The notes: generated by a model not told the origin, from the sequence alone. A stretch of DNA of 64,000 bases from a virus (IMGVR_UViG_2974599810_000001:7425-71424); one strand, 5' to 3'. Positions 19,021-26,981 are shown, counted from the first letter of the stretch. Made by a program: numbers and translations.

Positions 19021-19354
19021 AACGACAAGTAAAAGAACTGGAGCTATTAGTACGTTGAGTGGTTATTTCACCGCGTTTGCTAATAGTAACGGCTGGAGTA
19101 GAGAAGTTTTTATTAGTATAGATTTCTACTTTACCATTACGTTCCTTAACATCACGAACTTTACCATACTCGGTAATAATTCCGTTCTGTTGAACTTTAA
19201 CATTACCATTTTTCATAGAAACTTTGGTAGATGCCAGAGAACCGAAACTAACTGCGGAGATCATCAGTGCAATAATAAACTTATTCATCTTCATCCTCCC
19301 CACTACAATCACGACATACATCATAATCGTTGAAAGAACGTTCGTGAGCTTCAC
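18989..19354 (-). CDS. secreted/periplasmic protein with signal peptide (121 aa)
   Basis: N-terminal signal-like hydrophobic stretch ending SLAST. Confidence 0.45.
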   Translation of the reverse strand: MKLTNVLSTIMMYVVIVVGRMKMNKFIIALMISAVSFGSLASTKVSMKNGNVKVQQNGIITEYGKVRDVKERNGKVEIYTNKNFSTPAVTISKRGEITTQRTNSSSSFTCRYDCDFEGEDE

Positions 19355-19562
19355 ACCACCAAGAACAAGAATCGCAGAGAAACATTTCGGTTTTCTCCAG
19401 TGCTTGGCCTAAAAGATCATCAGCTTCCTCAGTAGTAATCTTCAATCCGCACACATCTGCCACACGTTCTTTAATTAAACGACCTGCTTCGTGGTAAGAC
19501 ATACAGGTTCCCGCAACATTATGTTCAAGAACATGAACAGCACAGTCTAGACGAGTTTTCAT
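19281..19562 (-). CDS. Cys-rich acidic protein (93 aa)
   Basis: CDSCSWWC..CRDCSG motifs. Confidence 0.45.
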   Translation of the reverse strand: MKTRLDCAVHVLEHNVAGTCMSYHEAGRLIKERVADVCGLKITTEEADDLLGQALEKTEMFLCDSCSWWCEAHERSFNDYDVCRDCSGEDEDE

Positions 19563-19592
19563 TTCAAACCTCTCTCATCAATTTATAAACAT

Positions 19593-19621
19593 ATTATAGC
19601 AAGAAAAGAGAGGTTTAGCAA
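19593..19621 (-). promoter_or_regulatory. conserved early promoter (TTGCTA-17-TATAAT)
   Basis: Hexamers seen. Confidence 0.65.
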
Positions 19622-19638
19622 ATGAATTATTTCAGAAT

Positions 19639-19986
19639 TTAGTCATAGCACCACCATAATCCACGCTTACGCATGTCATGATCGCGATTATAATCATAAT
19701 TTTCTGGATCTTTCATCACGCGGTGGAGTTCTTGACGATTTCCTTGACGAACCATTTTATTAGAATGCCACTTAACATTCTTACTAATAGAATTCCAGTT
19801 ATAACCATCCTTTTTCTCATTACGAATGGTTGCTTCCTTCATTTCTTTCTTGATGTCGTCCCAAGATTTGGCATAAATAACACGAATCCAGTAGCCATTT
19901 TCTTTGAGGAAAGAATATTCTTGAGAGAATTGTTCTTTAGACTTCCACCACTGATCACCAGATTGTTTACGATAAGTACGGCTCAT
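19639..19986 (-). CDS. hypothetical basic protein (115 aa)
   Basis: ORF. Confidence 0.5.
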   Translation of the reverse strand: MSRTYRKQSGDQWWKSKEQFSQEYSFLKENGYWIRVIYAKSWDDIKKEMKEATIRNEKKDGYNWNSISKNVKWHSNKMVRQGNRQELHRVMKDPENYDYNRDHDMRKRGLWWCYD

Positions 19987-20069
19987 ATTACCTCCATTAA
20001 GTCTTTTAAATTAACCTAATGTGGATGAATTTTATTATACATATATTATGTACCTTTATACAGAAAAAC

Positions 20070-20098
20070 CCCAGACTACTTATTCAATAGCTGGGGTT
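20070..20098 (-). terminator. rho-independent terminator (CCCCAG..CTGGGG + T-run)
   Basis: Hairpin plus TTTTTCTG on minus strand. Confidence 0.55.
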
Positions 20099-20107
20099 TG
20101 TTATTAA

Positions 20108-20413
20108 TTACAGATCAGGGCGTTCATCTTCGAACGCCACGAAGCCATCAAATTCATCATTTGAAATACCACCAGTATAGGTGATGTCCGCAATCATCGC
20201 TTCCATTTTCCGGATCTCCGAGGTTTTCATGCCTGCTTTGCTATTCTTATAGTATTTGCGAGGGTTCCCACACATCCAACAAGAACAGATGCAAGGAGTA
20301 GTAGTGACAATACCTAACCGCTTAGGGCTTTCTTCATGTGGAAAGACTGTCCAATACTTCTTGCGGTTGTTCTTCACACGTTGCCGGTGATGACGTCTTA
20401 ATGCTCGATCCAC
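20108..20413 (-). CDS. hypothetical Cys-containing protein (101 aa)
   Basis: ORF. Confidence 0.45.
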   Translation of the reverse strand: MDRALRRHHRQRVKNNRKKYWTVFPHEESPKRLGIVTTTPCICSCWMCGNPRKYYKNSKAGMKTSEIRKMEAMIADITYTGGISNDEFDGFVAFEDERPDL

Positions 20414-20494
20414 ACATTTCTCCTAAAACTTGGGAGATAAATGGAGTTTGCTCGACTACCTTGCGTAGTTCGGAGAAACCGTATCCAAACCCCA

Positions 20495-20863
20495 TTACAT
20501 CGCCTGAGTAAATGTACGACTAATAACGTCGTTCTGTTGTTCACGAGTCAGTGCATTAAATCGAACAGCGTAGCCAGAGACACGGATGGTCAACTGAGGA
20601 TATTTTTCAGGATGTTTCTGCGCATCCAAAAGCTGATCACGGCTTAACACATTGACATTTAGGTGCTGACCACCTTCGATTTGAGGGGCGACTTCCACTT
20701 TGACTTCACGGAAGGCTTCGGGATCGAATTGTGGTGTGATACCTTCTAGATCTTCAACTAGAACTTTCTGTTTAAGTTCACCATTGTCGGAGTATAGCTG
20801 AATAATCTGATTTTCATGAACAAGGTTAATTACGCCAGATTTAAGATTTTGATATGCTTTCAT
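20495..20863 (-). CDS. grcA: autonomous glycyl-radical cofactor (GrcA/YfiD-like)
   Basis: C-terminal [29 protein letters not shown] matches the glycyl-radical fingerprint [10 protein letters not shown] of E. coli YfiD; about 122 aa. Confidence 0.8.
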   Translation of the reverse strand: MKAYQNLKSGVINLVHENQIIQLYSDNGELKQKVLVEDLEGITPQFDPEAFREVKVEVAPQIEGGQHLNVNVLSRDQLLDAQKHPEKYPQLTIRVSGYAVRFNALTREQQNDVISRTFTQAM

Positions 20864-20905
20864 TAGATCTCCCCGATGTTAGAATTTGGCTCAGCTCTTT
20901 ATTCT

Positions 20906-21100
20906 TTATACTTTCCCATAGTATACGGAAACTGTCTTACCAGTTTGGTTCATGACGTATGCTACTTCATCTTCTTTTAAAAAGATGGCTTGATCTACTC
21001 CAACTATAGCCAATCTCTTATTTCTAGGATTAAAGCTTACGCTTTTGACCGTATGGATATGTTCACCATTCTTGGCTGACATTATTTTAATTGTTAACAT
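20906..21100 (-). CDS. hypothetical protein (64 aa)
   Basis: ORF. Confidence 0.4.
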   Translation of the reverse strand: MLTIKIMSAKNGEHIHTVKSVSFNPRNKRLAIVGVDQAIFLKEDEVAYVMNQTGKTVSVYYGKV

Positions 21101-21137
21101 AGCTGCTCCTAAATTTAGCTATCTCTAGCTATTTTAA

Positions 21138-21213
21138 TGGTAGTTAGTAGTGGATTTGAACCACTGTAGTCGCTCCGTATGAAGGAGGTGCATAACCACT
21201 CTGCCAACTAACT
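21138..21213 (-). tRNA. tRNA anticodon CAU (Met or Ile2-lysidine)
   Basis: Cloverleaf folded by hand: acceptor AGTTAGT/ACTAACT, T-loop TTCAAAT, anticodon loop TTCATAC, CCA encoded. Confidence 0.65.
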
Positions 21214-21309
21214 GTTATGTTTTACTAGACTAAGTAAGTATTCTTTATACTCTTTAGACCAATTAGCTTTTTTAAACTTTCCTGGACGCATAGTCTTAAT
21301 TCCTAAATT

Positions 21310-21386
21310 TGGTACTCCGGGAGGGATTTAAACCCCCGATCTCTCGGTTATCAGCCGAGTGCTTTAGATCGCTAAGCTACCGAAGC
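21310..21386 (-). tRNA. tRNA-Ile (GAU)
   Basis: Acceptor GCTTCGG/CCGGAGT (2 G-U), anticodon arm CTCGG-CTGATAA-CCGAG, T-arm GGGGG-TTTAAAT-CCCTC. Confidence 0.65.
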
Positions 21387-21387
21387 A

Positions 21388-21615
21388 TTAATATTTAATT
21401 GCAGAACGTTTACCATTTCTAGGCGCACCTGGAAGTCGTGCACGTTCTGCCATTCTTCGCTTAATCTTTGAGATATTTTCTAGTATTTGTTCTTCAGGCT
21501 TAATACCTGAAACACTACACCACTGATTACCATCCCATGCGGTAATGATCATAACACCATTACCCATAATCTTTTCTGTGAAAGTAATTCTCATTATAGC
21601 AACTCGTCTAAGCAA
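21388..21615 (-). CDS. hypothetical protein (75 aa)
   Basis: ORF. Confidence 0.4.
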   Translation of the reverse strand: MLRRVAIMRITFTEKIMGNGVMIITAWDGNQWCSVSGIKPEEQILENISKIKRRMAERARLPGAPRNGKRSAIKY

Positions 21616-21887
21616 GAGGTATATTTAAGTTTACCATCTTTATCTACTTTGATTTCGACTTCCGCTCGTGGTACTTGACGAACTACACCATGAATCATCT
21701 TATAGCGAATGCCTTTAGCTGGTTCACGATCTTTTGGAAATACTTGCTTAACCGTTACTACCTTGAAACCCTCACGCGGTGTTAACACTACTACTTGATC
21801 ACCTTCTTTGATTTTCCAAGAAGATGGAAATTCATATGTATAGCGTTGACCACCAGTTTGGAACACAACAGAAAGATAACGTTTCAT
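21594..21887 (-). CDS. hypothetical protein (97 aa)
   Basis: ORF downstream of the promoter at 21918. Confidence 0.45.
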   Translation of the reverse strand: MKRYLSVVFQTGGQRYTYEFPSSWKIKEGDQVVVLTPREGFKVVTVKQVFPKDREPAKGIRYKMIHGVVRQVPRAEVEIKVDKDGKLKYTSCLDELL

Positions 21888-21917
21888 TTGGTTTCCCTCT
21901 CATTAATTTATATAAAT

Positions 21918-21946
21918 ATTATAACAAGAAATAAGAGAGAAAGCAA
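21918..21946 (-). promoter_or_regulatory. conserved early promoter (TTGCTT-17-TATAAT)
   Basis: Hexamers seen. Confidence 0.65.
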
Positions 21947-22136
21947 ATGAATTTTTAATAAAGTTTAGTCACTTCATAAACTATACTACGAGATTCTTTA
22001 TTACGTTGTATTAAATTAGCATATGCTTCTTCAGCTTCATTTTTAGTATTAAAGTCTATAACGTGAGAGGTATTAGCTCTATTTGATTGGCTATACCAGA
22101 TAACTACTAGGAGTTTAAACATACTAGTCCTTAAAT

Positions 22137-22223
22137 TGGTGCTGGGCACAGGATTCGAACCTGCAACGGGATTACTCCTCCTGATTACAAATCAGGTGCA
22201 TTCAACCATTCTGCCAACCCAGC
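22137..22223 (-). tRNA. tRNA with anticodon UGU (Thr) and a 15-nt variable arm carrying a GGA-GTAA-TCC mini-hairpin
   Basis: Acceptor GCTGGGT/GCCCAGC, anticodon arm CCTGA-TTTGTAA-TCAGG, T-arm GCAGG-TTCGAAT-CCTGT, CCA encoded; 87 nt. Confidence 0.55.
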
Positions 22224-22388
22224 AGAACCCGTTATTTCAACGGGATTTCTTTTTCAATAACAGGAGACTTATCAGTCATGACTGCCATTGCCATTTGTTG
22301 TAGAAACTCAAAGGTGAAGGCTACACGTTCTTCACCAATCTCTACTTCTACACGTTTCTTTTGTTTATCGATCTTGACTTTTAGGTTA

Positions 22389-22610
22389 TCAGCCATCTTC
22401 GGGTTCTCGTTGCTGCGCTACTTCTAGCCAGTCTGGTAGAAGAAACTTTGTACGAAATTCTTCGTAAGTTTCTTTGGGATAAAAGCTAAAACCTCCTTTC
22501 TCGTCATTCAGGATAACAGAGCCGTCAGTTTGTTCGTATGCTCGGTATGTTTCTCCAATAACAATAACTCGTTTATCGGTACTTTTATTACGAAATTCAA
22601 AAACGTGCAT
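22389..22610 (-). CDS. hypothetical protein (73 aa)
   Basis: ORF between tRNAs. Confidence 0.4.
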   Translation of the reverse strand: MHVFEFRNKSTDKRVIVIGETYRAYEQTDGSVILNDEKGGFSFYPKETYEEFRTKFLLPDWLEVAQQREPEDG

Positions 22611-22625
22611 AACGTTTCCTTAAAG

Positions 22626-22702
22626 TTGGAGCGGCTAGAGGGAATCGAACCCTACTCAGCGAGGCTTGGAAGGCCTGCGACACAACCCGTGTGCTTAACC
22701 GC
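22626..22702 (-). tRNA. tRNA-Gly (UCC)
   Basis: Acceptor GCGGTTA/TAGCCGC, anticodon loop CTTCCAA, T-arm AGGG-TTCGATT-CCCT. Confidence 0.6.
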
Positions 22703-22710
22703 TTATTGTT

Positions 22711-22786
22711 TGGCTGGAGAAGGAGGAATCGAACCTACCATTAACGGAGTCAAAGGCCGTTGTGCTAACCGTTACACTACTCTCCA
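22711..22786 (-). tRNA. tRNA-Gln (UUG)
   Basis: U1-A72 and G73 (as in E. coli tRNA-Gln); anticodon loop CTTTGAC. Confidence 0.65.
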
Positions 22787-22792
22787 ATTATT

Positions 22793-22868
22793 TGGCTGGA
22801 GTGCCTGGGATCGAACCAGGAACCTTCGGAGTCAGAGGCCGACGATCTGCCAATTGATCTACACTCCA
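22793..22868 (-). tRNA. tRNA-Gln (CUG)
   Basis: Acceptor TGGAGTG/CACTCCA, G73, anticodon loop CTCTGAC, T-arm CCTGG-TTCGATC-CCAGG. Confidence 0.7.
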
Positions 22869-22876
22869 ATAACCCT

Positions 22877-23077
22877 TTACTCTACAGGAACCGTGGCGAT
22901 TGGTTCTGGATCTTCTAAACGTTTGCCTTCATGATCTACTCGAATAACTCCGCATCCTTCGCAAATCACAACAGCACCGTAGCCTTCTTTAACTTCAGCT
23001 TCTGTAATCAAACCAGAAAGATCACCAGTATCTCTGCCCCACATATCAATGGAGCATTGTTTGCAGAAATCAGCCAT
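22877..23077 (-). CDS. zinc-ribbon protein (66 aa; CxxC..CxxC)
   Basis: CKQC and CEGC pairs. Confidence 0.4.
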   Translation of the reverse strand: MADFCKQCSIDMWGRDTGDLSGLITEAEVKEGYGAVVICEGCGVIRVDHEGKRLEDPEPIATVPVE

Positions 23078-23102
23078 ATTTTATTTCCTATTTAAGTTAA
23101 TT

Positions 23103-23179
23103 TGGGGTGGCTAGTGGAATTCGAATCCACATAGGCCTGATTCACAATCAGGATCATTAACCAATTATGATATAGCCAC
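23103..23179 (-). tRNA. tRNA-His (GUG)
   Basis: Perfect acceptor GTGGCTA/TAGCCAC, C73, anticodon loop TTGTGAA, T-arm GTGGA-TTCGAAT-TCCAC; no encoded G-1. Confidence 0.7.
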
Positions 23180-23548
23180 AATTGAAAACTCGCAGGGTTA
23201 GCGAAACCTTCCTCAATTAGCATGTTCTAGAATACTAATCAAGTTATCTCCTATTGCACGCAGCTCAAGACGAGTACGAATTTTCAATTGTGGCGGCTCT
23301 CCGAAACTCTTCTACCCTAGCCTTAGCAGCTTACTCCCGAACGCATGTCGGGGAAGTCTTACTAAGAGCATCAAATAGCACCGTTACACTTTGAGCCATA
23401 GATATATCAAGAAGCAGAAGGACTTGAACCTTCACGAGATAGACCATTTATCTCAGCCGCTTTATGAGGTATGTTGCAAGGAGTGGATGTTCCTTATAAA
23501 CCTTTTAGGCAGCCCCGTCTACCGATTCCGGCATACTTCAAGAATTAT

Positions 23549-23752
23549 TTAAAACTTGTAACCTTCAGGAACCTTATCTTTAACACCGTCATATTTAGCC
23601 TGAATGTAGTAGTCAGGTACATGATCTTTCGGCAGATTCTTATTAGTATCATGAACTTCAGCTCTAGCTTCTTCTTCAGAATCAAAACCACGATACCAGA
23701 TTTCACCACCCCAACCACGTTCGCTTTCGGTATACTTAACAATGTGTTTCAT
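23549..23752 (-). CDS. hypothetical acidic protein (67 aa)
   Basis: RBS AAGGAAAA upstream; protein-like composition. Confidence 0.5.
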   Translation of the reverse strand: MKHIVKYTESERGWGGEIWYRGFDSEEEARAEVHDTNKNLPKDHVPDYYIQAKYDGVKDKVPEGYKF

Positions 23753-23770
23753 AAGGTTTTCCTTATTAGT

Positions 23771-23865
23771 TGGAGGTAGGTAAGGGGATCGAACCCTTAC
23801 ACCGTATCACTACGATCAACCGATTTCAAGTCGGAGTCCAGCGCCAGCCATTGGATTGACCTACC
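23771..23865 (-). tRNA. tRNA-Ser (UGA), class II
   Basis: Acceptor GGTAGGT/ACCTACC, anticodon loop CTTGAAA, long variable arm, T-arm AAGGG-TTCGATC-CCCTT. Confidence 0.6.
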
Positions 23866-23877
23866 ATATAAGTTGTT

Positions 23878-23968
23878 TGGCGGAAGAGGAGAGATTTGAA
23901 CTCTCAAGCCGTTTTACCAGTCAGCCACTTTCCAAGCGGTTTTCGTCACCAATTCGATTTGCTCTTCC
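23878..23968 (-). tRNA. tRNA-Ser (GGA), class II
   Basis: Acceptor GGAAGAG/CTCTTCC, anticodon arm ACCGC-TTGGAAA-GTGGC (like E. coli serV), T-arm GAGAG-TTCAAAT-CTCTC. Confidence 0.6.
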
Positions 23969-24081
23969 AATAATAAGATGATGCCTCTATCACACCAGGC
24001 AGTTACGCCTCGCTGGGATTCGAACCCATTAAAACAGCTCAACCGAGATAGTAGGTTTAATTTACTCTGACCATCAAATTT

Positions 24082-24158
24082 GGTGCGTGACAAGGGATTC
24101 GAACCCTCAAAACCCGACTTCTAAGGACGGTATGTATGCCAATTCCATCAATCACGCA
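24082..24158 (-). tRNA. tRNA with anticodon UAG (Leu) but class-I architecture (5-nt variable loop GTTTT)
   Basis: Acceptor GCGTGAT/GTCACGC, A73, anticodon arm CCGTC-CTTAGAA-GTCGG (one U-U), T-arm GAGGG-TTCGAAT-CCCTT. Confidence 0.55.
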
Positions 24159-24163
24159 TGTTT

Positions 24164-24242
24164 GGTGGAGAATAACGGAATCGAACCGTTCTGATGTCCT
24201 CGGTGCAAGCGAGGTGTCCACTCCATGCAGACCCATTCCCCA
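24164..24242 (-). tRNA. tRNA-Ala (UGC)
   Basis: Acceptor GGGGAAT/ATTCTCC with G3-U70, anticodon arm CCTCG-CTTGCAC-CGAGG, T-arm AACGG-TTCGATT-CCGTT. Confidence 0.65.
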
Positions 24243-24479
24243 AATTCTTTAGTTTACTAAGGCTATTAGCTCGGCGTAACTACAGCACCTTCGCTTCAAG
24301 CGGAAGGAACCGCGTCATCTCGCAAACCCGATACACTATTCAGTTGCCGCTGAATCTAGTGGACTAATCTAGAACTTCTCCCGAATCGTAGGGATCGTGC
24401 TTTTTGGCAGCCAGTCCTAGGTCGAGCTAATACCTTAGTGAACTATGATGAGGATTTCTCCTCATCAATTTATATAAAT

Positions 24480-24509
24480 ATTATAACAAGAAATTAAGCA
24501 TCAAGCAAG
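24480..24509 (-). promoter_or_regulatory. conserved early promoter driving the ncRNA plus tRNA cluster (Ala..Ser) leftward
   Basis: TTGCTT-18-TATAAT on minus strand overlapping the 3' end of gene 24501..24869; leader forms the hairpin TGATGAGGA-gaaa-TCCTCATCA. Confidence 0.55.
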
Positions 24510-24869
24510 TACATTTTTAGCGATTTCTTGTAGTTCCTTTACATCACGAACGTAAAGGTAATCAGAGCTTCCAGAGTGCATACTTTGCATAACCACACCT
24601 TCATCTGGTGCATTATCCTTCAGAGTAATTCCTAACCAGAACTCGGCAAAACTAGGTGTTACCTCACCTTGACTTGCCTTGAACACATCATATTCTGTAA
24701 TTTCTTGACCAGTAGATAAACCCAAATAGGCAGAACTAAGATCAATCTCTTTATGAGACTCATAAAATTCCGACAGATCTTTTTCCATATCCCAGCCATG
24801 CTGTAACGCGAACTCCATTGTCACATGACCGAAATAACCTTGAATCTTGCTTGATAATTGCATTTGCAA
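24501..24869 (-). CDS. hypothetical protein (122 aa)
   Basis: ORF. Confidence 0.5.
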   Translation of the reverse strand: MQMQLSSKIQGYFGHVTMEFALQHGWDMEKDLSEFYESHKEIDLSSAYLGLSTGQEITEYDVFKASQGEVTPSFAEFWLGITLKDNAPDEGVVMQSMHSGSSDYLYVRDVKELQEIAKNVLA

Positions 24870-24888
24870 TTCCTTACTTTGAGTTAAT

Positions 24889-24962
24889 TGGTACTCGGTG
24901 ATAGAATCGAACTATCGCAACCGCCGTGTAAAGACGGGGTTCTCCCATTAAACTAACCGAGC
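24889..24962 (-). tRNA. tRNA-Val (UAC)
   Basis: Acceptor GCTCGGT/ACCGAGT, anticodon arm CCGTC-TTTACAC-GGCGG, T-arm ATAG-TTCGATT-CTAT. Confidence 0.6.
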
Positions 24963-24966
24963 AATT

Positions 24967-25045
24967 TGGTAGACCGCCTGGGACTCGAACCCAGAACCTT
25001 CCGATTAAAAGTCGGATGCTACTAAACCTATTGAGCTAGCGATCT
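24967..25045 (-). tRNA. tRNA-Lys (UUU)
   Basis: Anticodon arm TCCGA-CTTTTAA-TCGGA, T-arm CTGGG-TTCGAGT-CCCAG. Confidence 0.6.
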
Positions 25046-25234
25046 ATTAGTAACCATTATATACTTCTTTAATAGAGTGAACTTTCAAGTAAGGGTGATT
25101 AGTATTAAATTCTACCATTACTTCATCCCAATTTTTACCATAATGAGCAAGTAAGGATTTTGATGTATTCTTACCTGAACGTTTGTCACTTACTACTAAT
25201 CGAAATACTTTCATTTCGAAATCCTCTATTAAAA

Positions 25235-25312
25235 TGGAAGCGGGTGTAGGAATCGAACCTACCTCTTTCTAGCTTATGAGACTAGCGATCTCTACCAGAG
25301 ATCTAACCCGCA
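25235..25312 (-). tRNA. tRNA anticodon CAU (Met/Ile2) with a U1-U72 mismatch and a 6-bp D-stem
   Basis: Anticodon arm CTAGT-CTCATAA-GCTAG, T-arm GTAGG-TTCGATT-CCTAC, CCA encoded. Confidence 0.55.
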
Positions 25313-25318
25313 ATTGTT

Positions 25319-25394
25319 TGGTCAGTGCGGCAGGACTCGAACCTGCGACCCGAAGCATCCAAGGCTCCCACGCTACCAACTGCGCTACGCACTG
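25319..25394 (-). tRNA. tRNA-Pro (UGG)
   Basis: Acceptor CAGTGCG/CGCACTG, anticodon arm GGAGC-CTTGGAT-GCTTC, T-arm GCAGG-TTCGAGT-CCTGC. Confidence 0.65.
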
Positions 25395-25424
25395 TTAATT
25401 TTGTTAACTCACTTTATAAAATAT

Positions 25425-25453
25425 ATTATACAGATAATTAAGCAGAATAGCAA
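25425..25453 (-). promoter_or_regulatory. conserved early promoter driving the tRNA-Pro/Met/Lys/Val cluster
   Basis: TTGCTA-17-TATAAT on minus strand. Confidence 0.6.
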
Positions 25454-25599
25454 ATGAATTTTTAATAAATTTACTTATTGTGTAGGCCACCTGGAGGCTA
25501 TCAACCCCACGGCTGACAAAGAAGTTTGCGAGACCTCTCTTAAATGCCAGAATAGACCCGCCGATCTACCGGAACCTACATAATAAGTAAACTTTATAG

Positions 25600-25725
25600 T
25601 GTCATTCTAGACAGGACTCGAACCTGTTATCACTTGTGCGGACTTACGAGAACCATTCTTTCACTCGAATCGAACGAGCTTCTGCCCTCGCCAAGCTGGT
25701 TTCCCCATCAACCACGCTAGAATGT
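25600..25725 (-). ncRNA. tRNA-like element of about 121 nt (ATTCTAG..CTAGAAT acceptor-like pairing, D-arm-like and canonical T-arm ACAGG-TTCGAGT-CCTGT) with about 45 extra nt in the anticodon region
   Basis: Folded by hand; an internal second T-arm-like hairpin GCTCG-TTCGATT-CGAGT; not a canonical tRNA. Confidence 0.35.
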
Positions 25726-25845
25726 TTGATTGTTTTCAGTGCAAGAGTCCGAGTCTTGGACACGACCGCTTCGCAAGTACATAGGCAGCTTATCATGAGT
25801 CGGCACTTCCGAATTGCTAGCTCCGTGTTCTGCACTGAAATTTTG

Positions 25846-26193
25846 TTAATTTAATAGTAAAGTACGATCTACTTCACCATTAATTGTTCGGCATTCTTCT
25901 GGGATTGCTGGGGTGGCCTTGTATTCCCACCACTCAGAACCATCATATTCACCACGTTCTAACCAAGTCCCATCAGTAAACCACACGTTACCATAAAGCA
26001 ATTGCCCACCATAACCAGAATCATATTTAAAGTCTAGATTATTTAGAAAATCTTCAATATCTTTTTCTGTATAACCTACTGGTAATACCCAAACTTCTTT
26101 GTTCCCATAATAACCGAATTCTATCTTAATACACTTAACTTCAGACTTAGTATTCTTTAGGGCAAGTAACAATTCTTCTTTAGCATTAATCAT
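25846..26193 (-). CDS. hypothetical protein (115 aa)
   Basis: ORF. Confidence 0.5.
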   Translation of the reverse strand: MINAKEELLLALKNTKSEVKCIKIEFGYYGNKEVWVLPVGYTEKDIEDFLNNLDFKYDSGYGGQLLYGNVWFTDGTWLERGEYDGSEWWEYKATPAIPEECRTINGEVDRTLLLN

Positions 26194-26219
26194 AGCATAT
26201 TTCCCGTGCTAGTTTAATT

Positions 26220-26296
26220 TGGCGCGACCGATGGGATTCGAACCCACATTCTCTCCCGTGACAGGGGAGTACCATTACCAAGCCAGCCCCGGTCGC
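26220..26296 (-). tRNA. tRNA-Asp (GUC)
   Basis: Acceptor GCGACCG/CGGTCGC, G73, anticodon arm CTCCC-CTGTCAC-GGGAG, T-arm ATGGG-TTCGAAT-CCCAT. Confidence 0.7.
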
Positions 26297-26305
26297 ATAA
26301 TTCAT

Positions 26306-26491
26306 TTACTCAGCTTTGAGTTTTTCAATAGCTGCATTAAGTTCCTTAAGAAACTCTTTTCGTACATTAAGACGATTAAGACTTACTAGTATATCATGTT
26401 TAAGTTCTTCGATGTATTTCTTCTCAACTTCAATATTGTTGATAGTGCTATCACGATGAACTTCTAGCTGCGCAATTACATTCTTGGACAT
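26306..26491 (-). CDS. small coiled-coil protein (61 aa)
   Basis: ORF. Confidence 0.35.
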   Translation of the reverse strand: MSKNVIAQLEVHRDSTINNIEVEKKYIEELKHDILVSLNRLNVRKEFLKELNAAIEKLKAE

Positions 26492-26593
26492 GCTTGTTTC
26501 CTCAGTTATTAATGAAAATGGTATCTGTGTCTGAATTCGATGTCAGCAATGATAGCTGGTTGGCTACCGGTTTACTTAACTCTACACAGAATT

Positions 26594-26676
26594 TGGCGGG
26601 CCGTGTAGGATTCGAACCTACGTTGTCTTTCGACATGGATTAACAGTCCACCGCCAAACCGCTTGGCTAACGACCC
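26594..26676 (-). tRNA. tRNA-Asn (GUU) with a 13-nt variable arm containing a GTC-GAAA-GAC tetraloop hairpin
   Basis: Acceptor GGGTCGT/ACGGCCC, anticodon arm GTGGA-CTGTTAA-TCCAT, T-arm GTAGG-TTCGAAT-CCTAC; 83 nt. Confidence 0.55.
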
Positions 26677-26828
26677 TAAATTTATATTGCTGACTAGGAT
26701 TTTCACCTAGACGGAGTTAGCACCGTAGCGTGTAGCGGCATACCTCTCCAAACCGTGCCTCATCTTTCAATTACGGAGACAGTGTTCCTACGCGTGCCTG
26801 AATTGATTTAACAATTCTTTCAGCAAAT

Positions 26829-26904
26829 TGGACGACCGCATGAGATTTGAACTCACATAAAAAGGATTTGCAATCCTTCGCCTAAGCCATTCAGCCAACG
26901 GTCG
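26829..26904 (-). tRNA. tRNA-Cys (GCA)
   Basis: U73 discriminator, anticodon arm AAGGA-TTGCAAA-TCCTT, T-arm GTGAG-TTCAAAT-CTCAT. Confidence 0.65.
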
Positions 26905-26952
26905 ATTTATCTTGTTCTGTCATGTTGCTTCTCCAGTTCAATTTATGTAATT

Positions 26953-26981
26953 ATTATACAGAACTTTTGGAAACTAAGCAA
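26953..26981 (-). promoter_or_regulatory. conserved early promoter driving the tRNA-Cys/Asn/Asp cluster
   Basis: TTGCTT-17-TATAAT on minus strand. Confidence 0.6.

Noticed and set aside
20001-20065. Partial match to the conserved promoter-leader (TTATTATACATATATTAT)
   Set aside because: No acceptable -35 element at 17-18 nt; probably a degenerate copy.
22530-22934. 134-aa plus-strand ORF
   Set aside because: It runs antisense through three tRNA genes (Gly, Gln, Gln) and is a translation artefact.
23990-24078. T-arm-like hairpin CTGGG-ATTCGAA-CCCA (minus strand TGGG-TTCGAAT-CCCA)
   Set aside because: No complementary acceptor strand within tRNA distance; possibly a tRNA fragment. Not called as a gene.
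25636-25854. ORFs 25636..25854 (+) and 25644..25835 (-)
   Set aside because: They mirror each other across a region with strong RNA secondary structure and tRNA-like motifs, and are almost certainly spurious.
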